This document shows positions 1 to 8,718 of a stretch of 64,000 nt of DNA, piece after piece; within the stretch, counting starts at the first letter, position 1; each line of letters opens with the position of its first letter. The DNA is taken from assembly GCA_002390675.1 (NCBI GenBank), contig DGPZ01000106.1:48737-112736 (forward strand). Direction: 5' to 3'. A program made the translations under genes and the position numbers. The stretch is from Deltaproteobacteria bacterium UBA4427. GTDB taxonomy: Bacteria > Myxococcota_A > UBA9160 > UBA4427. The notes beneath the pieces are model-generated. The model was not told the DNA's origin, searched no databases, and saw nothing but the letters and a program-made list of their open reading frames with translations.

Positions 1-1
1 T

Positions 2-196
2 AATCATCATGTTGTCTTCGGGATCGGCGAGCATTTCTGTCTCGGCGCGAATTTGGCGCGGGTCGAGATTCGGGTCGCGTTGGAGAAGCTTATTCCTCGA
101 ATCGAGCATTTGGAGCTCGCGGGGCCGATGGATCGTGTCCAGTCGAGTTTTCTGGGCGGTGTGAAACGAATGCCGATTCGATTCGAGGCTCGTTAG
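2..196 (+). CDS. cytochrome P450, C-terminal fragment (5' end lies outside the window)
   Basis: Frame 2 reads NHHVVFGIGEHFCLGANLARVEIRVALEKLIPRI...VKRMPIRFEAR then TAG at 194-196. FGxGxHxCxG is the P450 heme-thiolate signature. It is absent from the ORF track because no start codon lies in the window. Confidence 0.8.
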   Translation, partial: NHHVVFGIGEHFCLGANLARVEIRVALEKLIPRIEHLELAGPMDRVQSSFLGGVKRMPIRFEAR

Positions 197-1272
197 GCGG
201 GGAAAGGCTCGAGGCGATCCGCGAGCCCGTCGCTCTCGATCAGTTCCTCTAATTCGTGGCCTAGCACGCGGCAAGCCTCGACCACGCCATGCCAGCGTTC
301 GACCCGCTCTTCCGTACTGAAGTCCATGAAGTCATCACGATCTGGAATCTTGCCTCCGGGCAGGGCAGCCACAAACGCATCGCTCGGCGCGATCATTACG
401 ACATCGTTCATCGCCGCTGCCGACGGCCGCCGCGACTTCCAGGGCTTGTCGAACCATCCCGGCGTGATCTTGTCGAAGAAGTGCTGGAAAAGCACCAGGC
501 CCTCGCGGCGCTTCCACTCAAAGTCGAAGTGGTAGTCAATAATTCCGCCGTCGAAGAGCGTGCCGGGGACGCCGGGAGTAGAACGCACGCCTTGCATAAG
601 AAGGGGAATCGAGCCGCTCGCCAGAAGTGCGTGTTGAACGCGTTCGGGGGTGAGATCGATGTTCTCGGTGGGAAGGTCGCTGTACGCGAGTGGGCTCGCG
701 CCCGATCTGAAGACAAGCCGTTCGAAGCTGCGCCCTAGGGCTCGCCGAGAGAACGCGTTCGCGAGCGCGGCGTAACCCACTTGGAGTTGGAAGGGCAGCC
801 CGCGGTCGTAGCCGCGATCGTTCTGAAGTCGCGCAGCCACGATGTGGGTATTGATGAGCGGATGGTTGCAGATCTCCCCCGCACCTTTTTTGCCGAGCGA
901 AAGGCCGAGGATGCGGTCGCTCTCGAGCGTGATTGCTTCCATGCTAGGCAGACCACGGCGATCCAGCGCCGAGGGGTCGTACGACTGTTCGACATAGCCG
1001 GTTTCGAAACGGGCGAGGGCGGCGCGCGGGTCTCCTTGGGCGAAACATGCGTGTCGGAAGCTACCGATCGAAGAGCCGAGCGTGTCGAGGGGCGTCGATC
1101 TCGGTGCGATTAGGCGGTCGATGAGGACGGCATCTAGATGCCGCAGGACCAACCATTTGGGTCCGCCAGAGGCGCCAACGAGCGTGCCGAAGAGTTCGGG
1201 GTGGAACCCTTCGGCACGCAGTCGTTCGGCAGCATGCTTACCTGCGCGGATCGTGAGGTGGCGTGTGGCCAA
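193..1272 (-). CDS. patatin-like phospholipase family protein
   Basis: 359-aa ORF with a glycine-rich loop GASGGPKW, the GxSxG nucleophile elbow GSSIG, and the DGG Asp motif (LFDGGIIDYH). Its stop overlaps the convergent P450 stop by 4 nt. Confidence 0.8.
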   Translation of the reverse strand: MATRHLTIRAGKHAAERLRAEGFHPELFGTLVGASGGPKWLVLRHLDAVLIDRLIAPRSTPLDTLGSSIGSFRHACFAQGDPRAALARFETGYVEQSYDPSALDRRGLPSMEAITLESDRILGLSLGKKGAGEICNHPLINTHIVAARLQNDRGYDRGLPFQLQVGYAALANAFSRRALGRSFERLVFRSGASPLAYSDLPTENIDLTPERVQHALLASGSIPLLMQGVRSTPGVPGTLFDGGIIDYHFDFEWKRREGLVLFQHFFDKITPGWFDKPWKSRRPSAAAMNDVVMIAPSDAFVAALPGGKIPDRDDFMDFSTEERVERWHGVVEACRVLGHELEELIESDGLADRLEPFPA

Positions 1273-1324
1273 GAGCTGTTAGGCCTCCGCCGGGTCCCTG
1301 TTCGAGGGGAACCAGTGATTGAGA

Positions 1325-3025
1325 CTACATCTTGGTGTAGTCGGGTCCCTCTCCGCCCTGCGGCGTCGTCCAGGTGATGATTTGGTACGGGTCTGCGATG
1401 TCGCAGGTCTTGCAGTGCACGCAGTTTTCGTGGTGAATGAAGAGTTCCTTGTCGCCGTTCGAACCCGCCACGTCGACCATTTCGTAGACTGCTGCCGGGC
1501 AGAACTTCTCGCAGGGGTTGCCGTAATCGCGAAGACAATCCGTGGCGCAGACGTTCGTGTCAGCGACCTTTAGATGGGGCTGCTGGTCCGATTCGTGGGC
1601 GGTGCCCGAAAAACCGACAAGATGCTCCTTCGAAAATGTCAGTACGCCATCGGGTTCGAAGGGGGCGGGGTGTCGATTCTCTCTCGGAATCTCCCAGATC
1701 TTCTTCATGACCGAGTGAGGAGCGTGGGTCGCGAGGTTGTCGATCAAGCCGCGTCCCTTGGTCGGGATCATGAGCGGGATATTAAGCATGCCGAAGAGCG
1801 GCGAGATCTCGTTGCTGCCCGAGAAGTTGCGCGCTTCGTAATGCTCCTGGTACGCCCAGCTGTTGCGGAACCGCTCGGTGTATTTGCCGAGGGTCTTGGC
1901 GGAGAAGTCGGCGGCCTTGATGCCGTCGATGATCGTCTCTGCGGCCATCATGCCTGACTTCATGGCCGTGTGAATGCCCGCGAGCTTCATGATGTTAAGC
2001 ATACCTGCCGAGTCGCCGACTAGCATGGCGCCGTCGCAGTAAAGCTTTGGTATCGCATTGATGCCACCCGCCGGGACGCACTTGGCGCCATAGCGAATTA
2101 ACTCAGCACCCTCGAGAAGGTCCCGCATGAACGGGGAATCTCGCTTGAATTCCTGCGAGGCGCGATGCGGATCGTTATTTGGATCTTCGGACGCGAGGGG
2201 TGTCACGAAGCCATAGGAAACCATGTTGTCGCCCATGTCGTAGAGCCACATACCGTTGAGTTGTCCTAGGAAGTCGGGGAACATCGATCCATGGATGACG
2301 CGGCCGGGAACGTGCTTCTCCGGCTTGACCTTCCAGATCTCTTTAATGCCCGTCTCAAACGTCTGCGGGAATTTGCCGTGCATGTCGAGGCGATCGAGGA
2401 TCTGCTTCGTGCACGAGCCGCGGACGCCTTCACCAAAGACGGTCACGCCGGCCAGGATGTCCATGCCGGGCTGGTAGGTGCCCTTCTCCTTGCCGTCCTT
2501 GTCGACGCCCATGTCACCGGTACGGATGCCTACGACGCGGTCGCCTTCGAAGAGCACTTCAGAAGCGGCGAAGCCGGGGTAGATCTCGACACCGAGTTCT
2601 TCGCACTTCTCGGCGAGGAACTTTGCGACGTCGGAGAGGGAGACGACGTGGTAGCCCTTCTTCTGAAAGAAGGGCGGCGTGAAGAGCGCCGGGAGCTTGA
2701 CCGTCATGTTGCGGAAGAACTGCCAGAAGTAGGCCTTGTCGCAAGTCTGTTCGATCGGAAAGCCCTGCTCCTTATAGTCGGGCATGAGCTCTTCGATGGC
2801 CTTGGGGTTCATCACGCCACCAGAAAGCTGATGGTCGCCGATGCCCGCGGCCTTCTCGATCACGAGAATGACCGGCGGCTCGATCTGTGGTGTGCCCTTC
2901 TTCTCCGCCTGCGCGTTCTGCTCTTCGACCTGCTTCATCAGATGGTAGGCAGAGGCGAGCGTGGCCGGACCTGCTCCGACGAAGAGGACATCGACCTCCA
3001 TACTTTCGCGTTCGGGTTCAGACAT
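1325..3025 (-). CDS. electron-transfer flavoprotein:ubiquinone oxidoreductase (ETF-QO)
   Basis: 566-aa ORF. N-terminal FAD fold VDVLFVGAGPATLASA. C-terminal ferredoxin-like Cys cluster CEKFCPAAVY...CVHCKTCDI and the tail TWTTPQGGEGPDYTKM, typical of ETF-QO. Confidence 0.9.
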   Translation of the reverse strand: MSEPERESMEVDVLFVGAGPATLASAYHLMKQVEEQNAQAEKKGTPQIEPPVILVIEKAAGIGDHQLSGGVMNPKAIEELMPDYKEQGFPIEQTCDKAYFWQFFRNMTVKLPALFTPPFFQKKGYHVVSLSDVAKFLAEKCEELGVEIYPGFAASEVLFEGDRVVGIRTGDMGVDKDGKEKGTYQPGMDILAGVTVFGEGVRGSCTKQILDRLDMHGKFPQTFETGIKEIWKVKPEKHVPGRVIHGSMFPDFLGQLNGMWLYDMGDNMVSYGFVTPLASEDPNNDPHRASQEFKRDSPFMRDLLEGAELIRYGAKCVPAGGINAIPKLYCDGAMLVGDSAGMLNIMKLAGIHTAMKSGMMAAETIIDGIKAADFSAKTLGKYTERFRNSWAYQEHYEARNFSGSNEISPLFGMLNIPLMIPTKGRGLIDNLATHAPHSVMKKIWEIPRENRHPAPFEPDGVLTFSKEHLVGFSGTAHESDQQPHLKVADTNVCATDCLRDYGNPCEKFCPAAVYEMVDVAGSNGDKELFIHHENCVHCKTCDIADPYQIITWTTPQGGEGPDYTKM

Positions 3026-3381
3026 CGATGAATTTCCTTTCTAGGGATTGGACTTGCTCGAAAGCGGGTCCATTAAATACGGGCGGTGAGCTCTTTAATC
3101 ACGAACGTCAGCAGATCGCGGCGCATGTGCGAAGGCCGGCTTCGGCGGTGCGTTTCAGCCGCCCCGGACAATAGAAGACGGTCCGTCTCGGAACAACAGA
3201 TCCCGGGTCATCCGAGAGCGTCAAAGGCGCTTGAGGCTGGTTTCGAGGGAGCTGCCACGCTGAATTCTCATTGATTTGGTCTTCTTATCTTTGCGCGGAC
3301 ATGTCGACCCAATGGACAGTCGGGCTGATTCGCTTCCATTGGCGGGCCCGATTCGCTCTCCTATGATGCCGCCGCTCGAAT

Positions 3382-4431
3382 ATGACCGACGAATGGTCGA
3401 TTTCCCGCCCATGCCAACTGTCTGCGGCCATCCGCGCAGAACCCAGAAACATTTCGAAGGCCCCCCCAATGTCGTCCCTCAAAAATACGGCCCGCCACAC
3501 TTCCGACTTCGTTCAGCTTCTGCAGGAGTTCCTCGCGGCATCCTCAGCGATGCGCGATTTGCTTGAGAATTCGGCGGGGAGCGAGCTTCAACTCGAAAGG
3601 GTTGCGGCGGTCGTTGGTGACGACGAGGGCTCGGTCCTCTACAGGTTGAAGCAGCAGAGTCATTCACTGTTCCGCTCCGAGGTCCTGGCCAGCGCCGCGG
3701 TCCGAAGGGAGGCCCTTTTTGACCTCACGATCGGCTCACTTTTCCACGAAGCCATGAAGCTTCGAGAAAGTCTCTATCAGCGCGAGGTCTACGGCCCGAG
3801 ACTAGCCTCGCTTCGGGCAGCGACCCAAGATGATTCCGACCCGAGCCTCGGTGAGTTTGAGCGCCTCCTGGGACGAAGCAGCGGCCGGATCGACGAGGTG
3901 ATCGCCGAAGTTCGAATCCTCTTGTCGCAGACCCGCGATCAATTCCGGCGAGTGCTCATCGAACGTGCCGGCGAACGCGGCGTCACGCGAGCGCTACTCG
4001 GCCGTCGTGTCCAGGTCGACGCGGTCTTTCAAGAAGGCTTCGAAGGCTTGTTGTCGGACATGCATGGCGAAGTGGCGACCGGTTTGGTCGAGGTAGCGCA
4101 CGCCCTACTCGATAGCGCGTATTTCGTGGAAGCGTCGAAGGCGCTGCGCGAGGCGGGGCGATCCGCGGGTGCTCCACGCGCGGAGATCACCCAGCTCGAG
4201 CACTACGCCGAAGGCATGCAGGCATTCCTCGAAGGCGACTATGCGAGCAGCCTCGTTGCACTCGAGGCTTGGGTTGACCTTGGGGGGCCGATCGGAGAGC
4301 AAGGCCTGGCACGCCGCGCAGCGGCTGCGATTGGGCGCGTGGGTCGACTTCTAGGAAGCGATGCCGACGGCAATGCGATCATGGATAGTGCGAAACAACT
4401 TCAGCTGCGGCTAGATGTAGGCTCCGTCTGA
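3382..4431 (+). CDS. hypothetical protein (Ala/Leu/Arg/Glu-rich, helical-looking)
   Basis: 349-aa ORF with no recognisable motif. An alternative ATG at 3469 (MSSLKNTARH) is possible. The 3' end overlaps convergent lgt by 31 nt. Confidence 0.55.
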   Translation: MTDEWSISRPCQLSAAIRAEPRNISKAPPMSSLKNTARHTSDFVQLLQEFLAASSAMRDLLENSAGSELQLERVAAVVGDDEGSVLYRLKQQSHSLFRSEVLASAAVRREALFDLTIGSLFHEAMKLRESLYQREVYGPRLASLRAATQDDSDPSLGEFERLLGRSSGRIDEVIAEVRILLSQTRDQFRRVLIERAGERGVTRALLGRRVQVDAVFQEGFEGLLSDMHGEVATGLVEVAHALLDSAYFVEASKALREAGRSAGAPRAEITQLEHYAEGMQAFLEGDYASSLVALEAWVDLGGPIGEQGLARRAAAAIGRVGRLLGSDADGNAIMDSAKQLQLRLDVGSV

Positions 4432-5180
4432 ACGCCGCCTTCTCCTCTGGCCGCTCGCGCCCGGACGATCAATATGACCCCGAATACGACGAGACCCATG
4501 CCAATGAACTGGGCTTCCGAGAGGCCCAACGCCACCCGTTCGTTGAGCCGCCAGTGTTCAATGACGGTTCGACCGATGCCGTTTAAAATTAGAAACTCGC
4601 CCATAAGCGACGCGCTCTGCTTGCGCCGGAACCAGAGATAGCTGGCAGCCAGCGTGAGCCAAAGCGTTTCATAGAGCATCGTCGGATGAACCGGATAGTG
4701 CACCGGCGGCAATCCGTTCGGGAAGGCTACGGCCCAAGGTAGATCGGATGCGATGCCGTAGTCGTCCCCTACGAGAAAGCAGCCTACGCGACCGATTGCT
4801 TGGCCGACCGCGAGCGAAATTGCGGCCGCGTTCGCCAGTTGAATCGGCGGCACTTTCCAGTACTTACAACCCAGGTAGCCTGCGAGGCCGCCGCCGATAA
4901 AGCCGCCGTAGAAGACGAGCCCGCCGCGCGAGAACATCGACTGCCAGAAGGGGTCGCCGTAGATCAGATAGAAACTGGTGGCGTAGTAGAGCTTCGCGCC
5001 AAAGACGCCGCCCAACATGATCACCATTAGAAGATTGGCCGCGTCCTCGGGGTCGAGGCCTTCTTCTTTCATGCGCAGAATCGAGATCCAATATCCGATC
5101 AAAAACCCCAGCGCCATCATTGCGCCAAAGCTACTGATCGGCCATCCGATCCCTGGAATCGTGAACAGCACCGGATACAT
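4401..5180 (-). CDS. lgt: prolipoprotein diacylglyceryl transferase
   Basis: MYPVLFTIPGIGWPISSFGAMMALGFLIGYW... is a typical Lgt N-terminus in a polytopic membrane protein. I prefer ATG 5180, preceded by AAGGGGGA, over the track's TTG at 5228. Confidence 0.9.
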   Translation of the reverse strand: MYPVLFTIPGIGWPISSFGAMMALGFLIGYWISILRMKEEGLDPEDAANLLMVIMLGGVFGAKLYYATSFYLIYGDPFWQSMFSRGGLVFYGGFIGGGLAGYLGCKYWKVPPIQLANAAAISLAVGQAIGRVGCFLVGDDYGIASDLPWAVAFPNGLPPVHYPVHPTMLYETLWLTLAASYLWFRRKQSASLMGEFLILNGIGRTVIEHWRLNERVALGLSEAQFIGMGLVVFGVILIVRARAARGEGGVQTEPTSSRS

Positions 5181-5323
5181 AGGTCCCCCTTGCGAGCGCA
5201 CATTACGTGAAGGGCCGGCCTCCGGCAATCTTTGTGCGGTGGGAGTCGGATATCTTCGCGTCGAACTTTGGGGGCGAGCCGATGTTTAGGTCGTTGACGA
5301 CTACGCGCTAGCGCCATTTCGGT

Positions 5324-5700
5324 TTCGCGTCGTAGCCAGACAACGAAGCGTGCGCCCTCGCCGACTTCGCTCTCGACATGGATTCGACCGTGATTCGATT
5401 CGACGATTGTGCGCAGGATGGCGAATCCTAAACCGCTCGCCTTCTTCGGTGATGCCACCCTTCGTTTCCACGCCCTCAAGAGAGATTGCGCGGAACTCGA
5501 CGTGCATTTCTCTGAGTGTTGCGGCCAGCTGCGGGCAAGGTCGATTTCCCGAGTCGGGGCGTGGGGTTGACTATACTGAGGCCGATTCGGCGTGAGCGTC
5601 TGGGCATTTTTGACCAGTGTTTTGCGAGCCTGCTCAAAAATTGGAACCCGATGAGAAGCATCGATGCGTCCGATAGCCTGAGCCCCGCGACCCCGGTATC
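5324..5700 (-). pseudogene. relic of a sensor histidine kinase catalytic (HATPase_c) domain, frameshifted
   Basis: One minus frame reads ASGLGFAILRTIVESNHGRIHVESEVGEGARFVVWLRRE (G2 box and C-terminal strand). An N-box-like KTLVKNAQTLTPN lies in the same frame about 60 codons upstream. The G1/F-box-like segment PDSGNRP...HVEFRAISLEGVETKGG sits in a different frame. No H-box, intact ORF or start codon is present. Confidence 0.4.
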
Positions 5701-5798
5701 CTACGCTTCCCCTGAGATTGACCTCGCAGCGGCGTAGCGAGTGATTCGTTGCTGATCTGGGGCGCAATGGTCGCGCGAAGAGGGCGAAGGAGCTCGAG

Positions 5799-6437
5799 TT
5801 GGTCGATCTGGATGAGGCACCGCACGCGCCCCGCACGAGCAGTGGGCCCGCAGACTCCGACCTGGATTCGCTCTCCCCTCGAGCGCGACGGGTTTGGACC
5901 TGGTTGCTTTTCGCTTTGGGAGCACTGTTGGTGCTGGATGCACCGCCAATTCGTTTTGAGCAAGCCATGGACGTCGCTTCCGCCCCGGACGAAACCGAGG
6001 CCTCTCGCGATGCGGTTTCCGCCGCCTTGCAAGGCCATCTTCAGGACCGAAGGTCGGCGCTTTCGACAGAAGAGACGGATCGTGTGATCGAGGCGGTGCT
6101 GCGCAGTAGCCGTCGCTACGGACTCGACCCCTATCTGGTGACCGCCGTATTGATCGTCGAGAGCGATGCGCGGCCCTGGGCTGAGAGCGGAAAGGGCGCG
6201 ATTGGGTTGATGCAGGTCATGCCTTATATGGCAGAGAAGTTGCCTATTGCGGGTAACCTCTCGACGATTGAGAGCAACGTCGAGGCCGGGTGTTTCATTC
6301 TCTCCGACAATATTAGGCGCCTGGGAGAGGCGAAGGGCATCTCTAGCTATTTTTGGGGCCGTCGGATTCGTGGCGTTGCCTATCTCCAAAAGGTGCAAAA
6401 GGCACGGCAGCGTGTTCGCGAGGCCAGCGCCTCCTAA
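5799..6437 (+). CDS. lytic transglycosylase (SLT domain), membrane-anchored
   Basis: 212-aa ORF. TTG start is preceded by AAGGAG at 5787-5792. TM helix WTWLLFALGALLVL. SLT core LVTAVLIVESDARPWAESGKGAIGLMQVMP contains the catalytic ES motif. Confidence 0.85.
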   Translation: MVDLDEAPHAPRTSSGPADSDLDSLSPRARRVWTWLLFALGALLVLDAPPIRFEQAMDVASAPDETEASRDAVSAALQGHLQDRRSALSTEETDRVIEAVLRSSRRYGLDPYLVTAVLIVESDARPWAESGKGAIGLMQVMPYMAEKLPIAGNLSTIESNVEAGCFILSDNIRRLGEAKGISSYFWGRRIRGVAYLQKVQKARQRVREASAS

Positions 6438-7309
6438 TGTCGAACAAAGGGAGCGACCGATTGACGGAGCGGATTACGCGGCGAGAGACCCAGTGTGTGC
6501 TTTCTGACCGGGGCGAGCGGTATCGCCGGATCTGGCTACCGGAGCAGCCGACCCGGGCGATGATTCTGGTACATGGATATGGCGAACATTCTGGTCGCTA
6601 CGACGAAATGGCGATGTATTTCGCAGGTCGCGGCTTCGCGGTGCATGCCTTTGATCAAGCGGGACACGGTCGGACGCATGGTCCTCGCGGTCATGTCGAT
6701 CGATTTGATCGTCTGCCCGAGGAAGTTGCCGAGTTCGTGGTGCAGGTCGGTCACGATCATCCAAATCTTCCCATAACGTTAGTCGGACATAGCATGGGCG
6801 GGTTGGTCGTCGCAGCAAGCGCTGCACTTCATCACCCCTCTGTTGATCGGATAGTGCTCTCTGGGGCGCTGCTGCAGATAGGCGGCAGCACAGCGCAGAA
6901 GATACAGCTGATGGCGGCGAATCTGTTGTCCTTCGTCGTGCCTAAGTTGGGCTTGTCTGTAGGGCTCGACTCCGAGCTGATCTCTCGGGACCCCGAAGTG
7001 GTGCGGCGCTATCGCGAAGATCCATATGTGAAAGATAGGATCACGGCGCGCTTCGCGTCGGGAATGAATAAGATGGTCGCGCGAATGGCTTCCGCGGCGG
7101 GGCGAGTTGAACGTCCGGTTTTGATCATGCACGGCGCGCAAGATCAACTATCGCAGCCGCAGGGAAGCGTAGGGTTCCATGCTGGACTGGCGCCGCCGGT
7201 AGCAAGTACGAGCCTTTTGAAGCTCTATCCCGGTTTGCGGCACGAAATTTTCAACGAACCAGAACGAGAGCAAGTCTGGCAAGACATGCTGGCGTGGCTC
7301 GACACTTGA
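6437..7309 (+). CDS. alpha/beta hydrolase (lysophospholipase / monoacylglycerol lipase-like)
   Basis: ILVHGYGEHSGRYDEM..., the nucleophile elbow VGHSMGG, and a late LRHEIFNE His motif. ATG 6437 overlaps the upstream stop (TAATG), so I prefer it to the track start 6353. Confidence 0.85.
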   Translation: MSNKGSDRLTERITRRETQCVLSDRGERYRRIWLPEQPTRAMILVHGYGEHSGRYDEMAMYFAGRGFAVHAFDQAGHGRTHGPRGHVDRFDRLPEEVAEFVVQVGHDHPNLPITLVGHSMGGLVVAASAALHHPSVDRIVLSGALLQIGGSTAQKIQLMAANLLSFVVPKLGLSVGLDSELISRDPEVVRRYREDPYVKDRITARFASGMNKMVARMASAAGRVERPVLIMHGAQDQLSQPQGSVGFHAGLAPPVASTSLLKLYPGLRHEIFNEPEREQVWQDMLAWLDT

Positions 7310-7358
7310 TCCGGATGCCTACTTTTCTAGGCGCCTAACATGAAGAGAATACGAGACG

Positions 7359-7865
7359 ATGTCTGACGAACTGACGCACCTGGACAAAAAAGGCCGCGCA
7401 CGCATGGTGAATGTGGGCGAAAAGGCGGTGACCCACCGCGTATGTATCGCGCGAAGTGAAGTCCGAATGGCACCCGAAACCTTGGCGCGCATCGTTGAGG
7501 GCCGGGTTGCTAAGGGCGACGTGCTCGCGACGGCACGTATCGCGGGAATCCAAGCAGCGAAGCGGACGGGCGAGTGGATTCCTCTCGCGCATCCGATGCC
7601 GATCGATTCGGTCGAGGTGATCTTGGAACCTGCGCCCGACGGGCAGGCCCTTTTGATCGAGACGCGCGTCGAGGCGCACTGGAAGACCGGCGTTGAAATG
7701 GAGGCGTTGGTTGCGGCGTCTGCGGCGGGTCTCACGGTTTATGACATGTGCAAGGCGGTAGACCGAGAGATGGTTGTGGATCGCTGCCGGCTTGTGGCCA
7801 AGCGGGGCGGCAAGAGCGGCGTATTTCGACGCGAAGGTGAATCGGACGTCGATCTGGCCGAGTAG
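7359..7865 (+). CDS. moaC: cyclic pyranopterin monophosphate synthase MoaC
   Basis: 168-aa ORF reading LTHLDKKGRARMVNVGEKAVTHRVCIARSEV...KGDVLATARIAGIQAAKRT...IPLAHP, collinear with MoaC. Confidence 0.92.
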   Translation: MSDELTHLDKKGRARMVNVGEKAVTHRVCIARSEVRMAPETLARIVEGRVAKGDVLATARIAGIQAAKRTGEWIPLAHPMPIDSVEVILEPAPDGQALLIETRVEAHWKTGVEMEALVAASAAGLTVYDMCKAVDREMVVDRCRLVAKRGGKSGVFRREGESDVDLAE

Positions 7866-7933
7866 CAGTCTTGCTATAACCGAGGGGCGTTTTTTAGACC
7901 GAGAGCCCTGATGGGACTCCTAGAGAGCATGAA

Positions 7934-8716
7934 ATGGGCTTAGAGCCGGAAGAAGTACGGGCCATGCGCGAGAAAGGCAAAAAAATAGAGAGATCGGGGG
8001 AACTCGATTTTGAGGAGGGGGGTCTTTCAGCGGAGAGGCAGGATATGACAGCAGAGATCGTTGAGAGAGGACCGATGGTGAGTGGCACGAACCCGCTGGC
8101 GCGCGATCGAAACGCGCCGCGCGTGGTGATTGAGGATCCCGATAGGGAGCTGATCGTGCGATGGCAGGCGGGCGATGAAGCCGCCTTCGAAGAGCTCATC
8201 CGGAAACATGAATCACGCGTCTACCGCTTGCTTTATCGCATGATGGGGAGCAAGGAAGACGCGGAGGACCTCACCCAAGAGACCTTCTTGAGTCTGCATA
8301 GACATGGACATCGCTTCCGTGCCGAGGCGCGCTTTTCGACCTTTGTCTATCGGGTCGCGGCGAACGCCGCGCTCAATCGCCGCCGTTCCTATGGCCGCGG
8401 TCGTGCAAGAGTCGACAAGCTCAAGACGCGTCAGGCAGCCGGTGATGATCTGCCAAGCTCGCCGCGCAACCCAGAAGAGGCTGCACTTGGGATCGAAATC
8501 ACGGGCCACGTCCGTGAAGCACTTGACACGCTCTCGCCTTCGCTCCGTATGCCGGTCATCCTCTATGACATCGAAGGTCTCGCCTACGGCGAGATCGCCA
8601 AGGTGCTCGGCATTGCCGAAGGCACTGTCAAATCCAGGATTCATCGCGCGCGCCAAGCGCTGCGGGAACAGCTCAAAGAAATGCTGGGATCCAAGACTTC
8701 GACCGAGGGTTCTTAA
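7934..8716 (+). CDS. ECF-type RNA polymerase sigma factor (sigma-70 family, group 4)
   Basis: Region 2 reads LIVRWQAGDEAAFEELIRKHESRVYRLLYRMMGSKEDAEDLTQETFLSLHR. Region 4 HTH reads GLAYGEIAKVLGIAEGTVKSRIHRARQAL. The start is uncertain: in-frame ATGs at 7934, 8045 and 8075. Confidence 0.85.
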   Translation: MGLEPEEVRAMREKGKKIERSGELDFEEGGLSAERQDMTAEIVERGPMVSGTNPLARDRNAPRVVIEDPDRELIVRWQAGDEAAFEELIRKHESRVYRLLYRMMGSKEDAEDLTQETFLSLHRHGHRFRAEARFSTFVYRVAANAALNRRRSYGRGRARVDKLKTRQAAGDDLPSSPRNPEEAALGIEITGHVREALDTLSPSLRMPVILYDIEGLAYGEIAKVLGIAEGTVKSRIHRARQALREQLKEMLGSKTSTEGS

Positions 8717-8718
8717 GC

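Noticed and set aside
5117-6398. The 283-aa (5117..5968) and 254-aa (5634..6398) minus-strand ORFs as real genes
   Set aside because: The first overlaps lgt and is only locally protein-like; that local part is the kinase relic reported separately. The second is antisense to the SLT gene, which has a strong SD and catalytic motifs.
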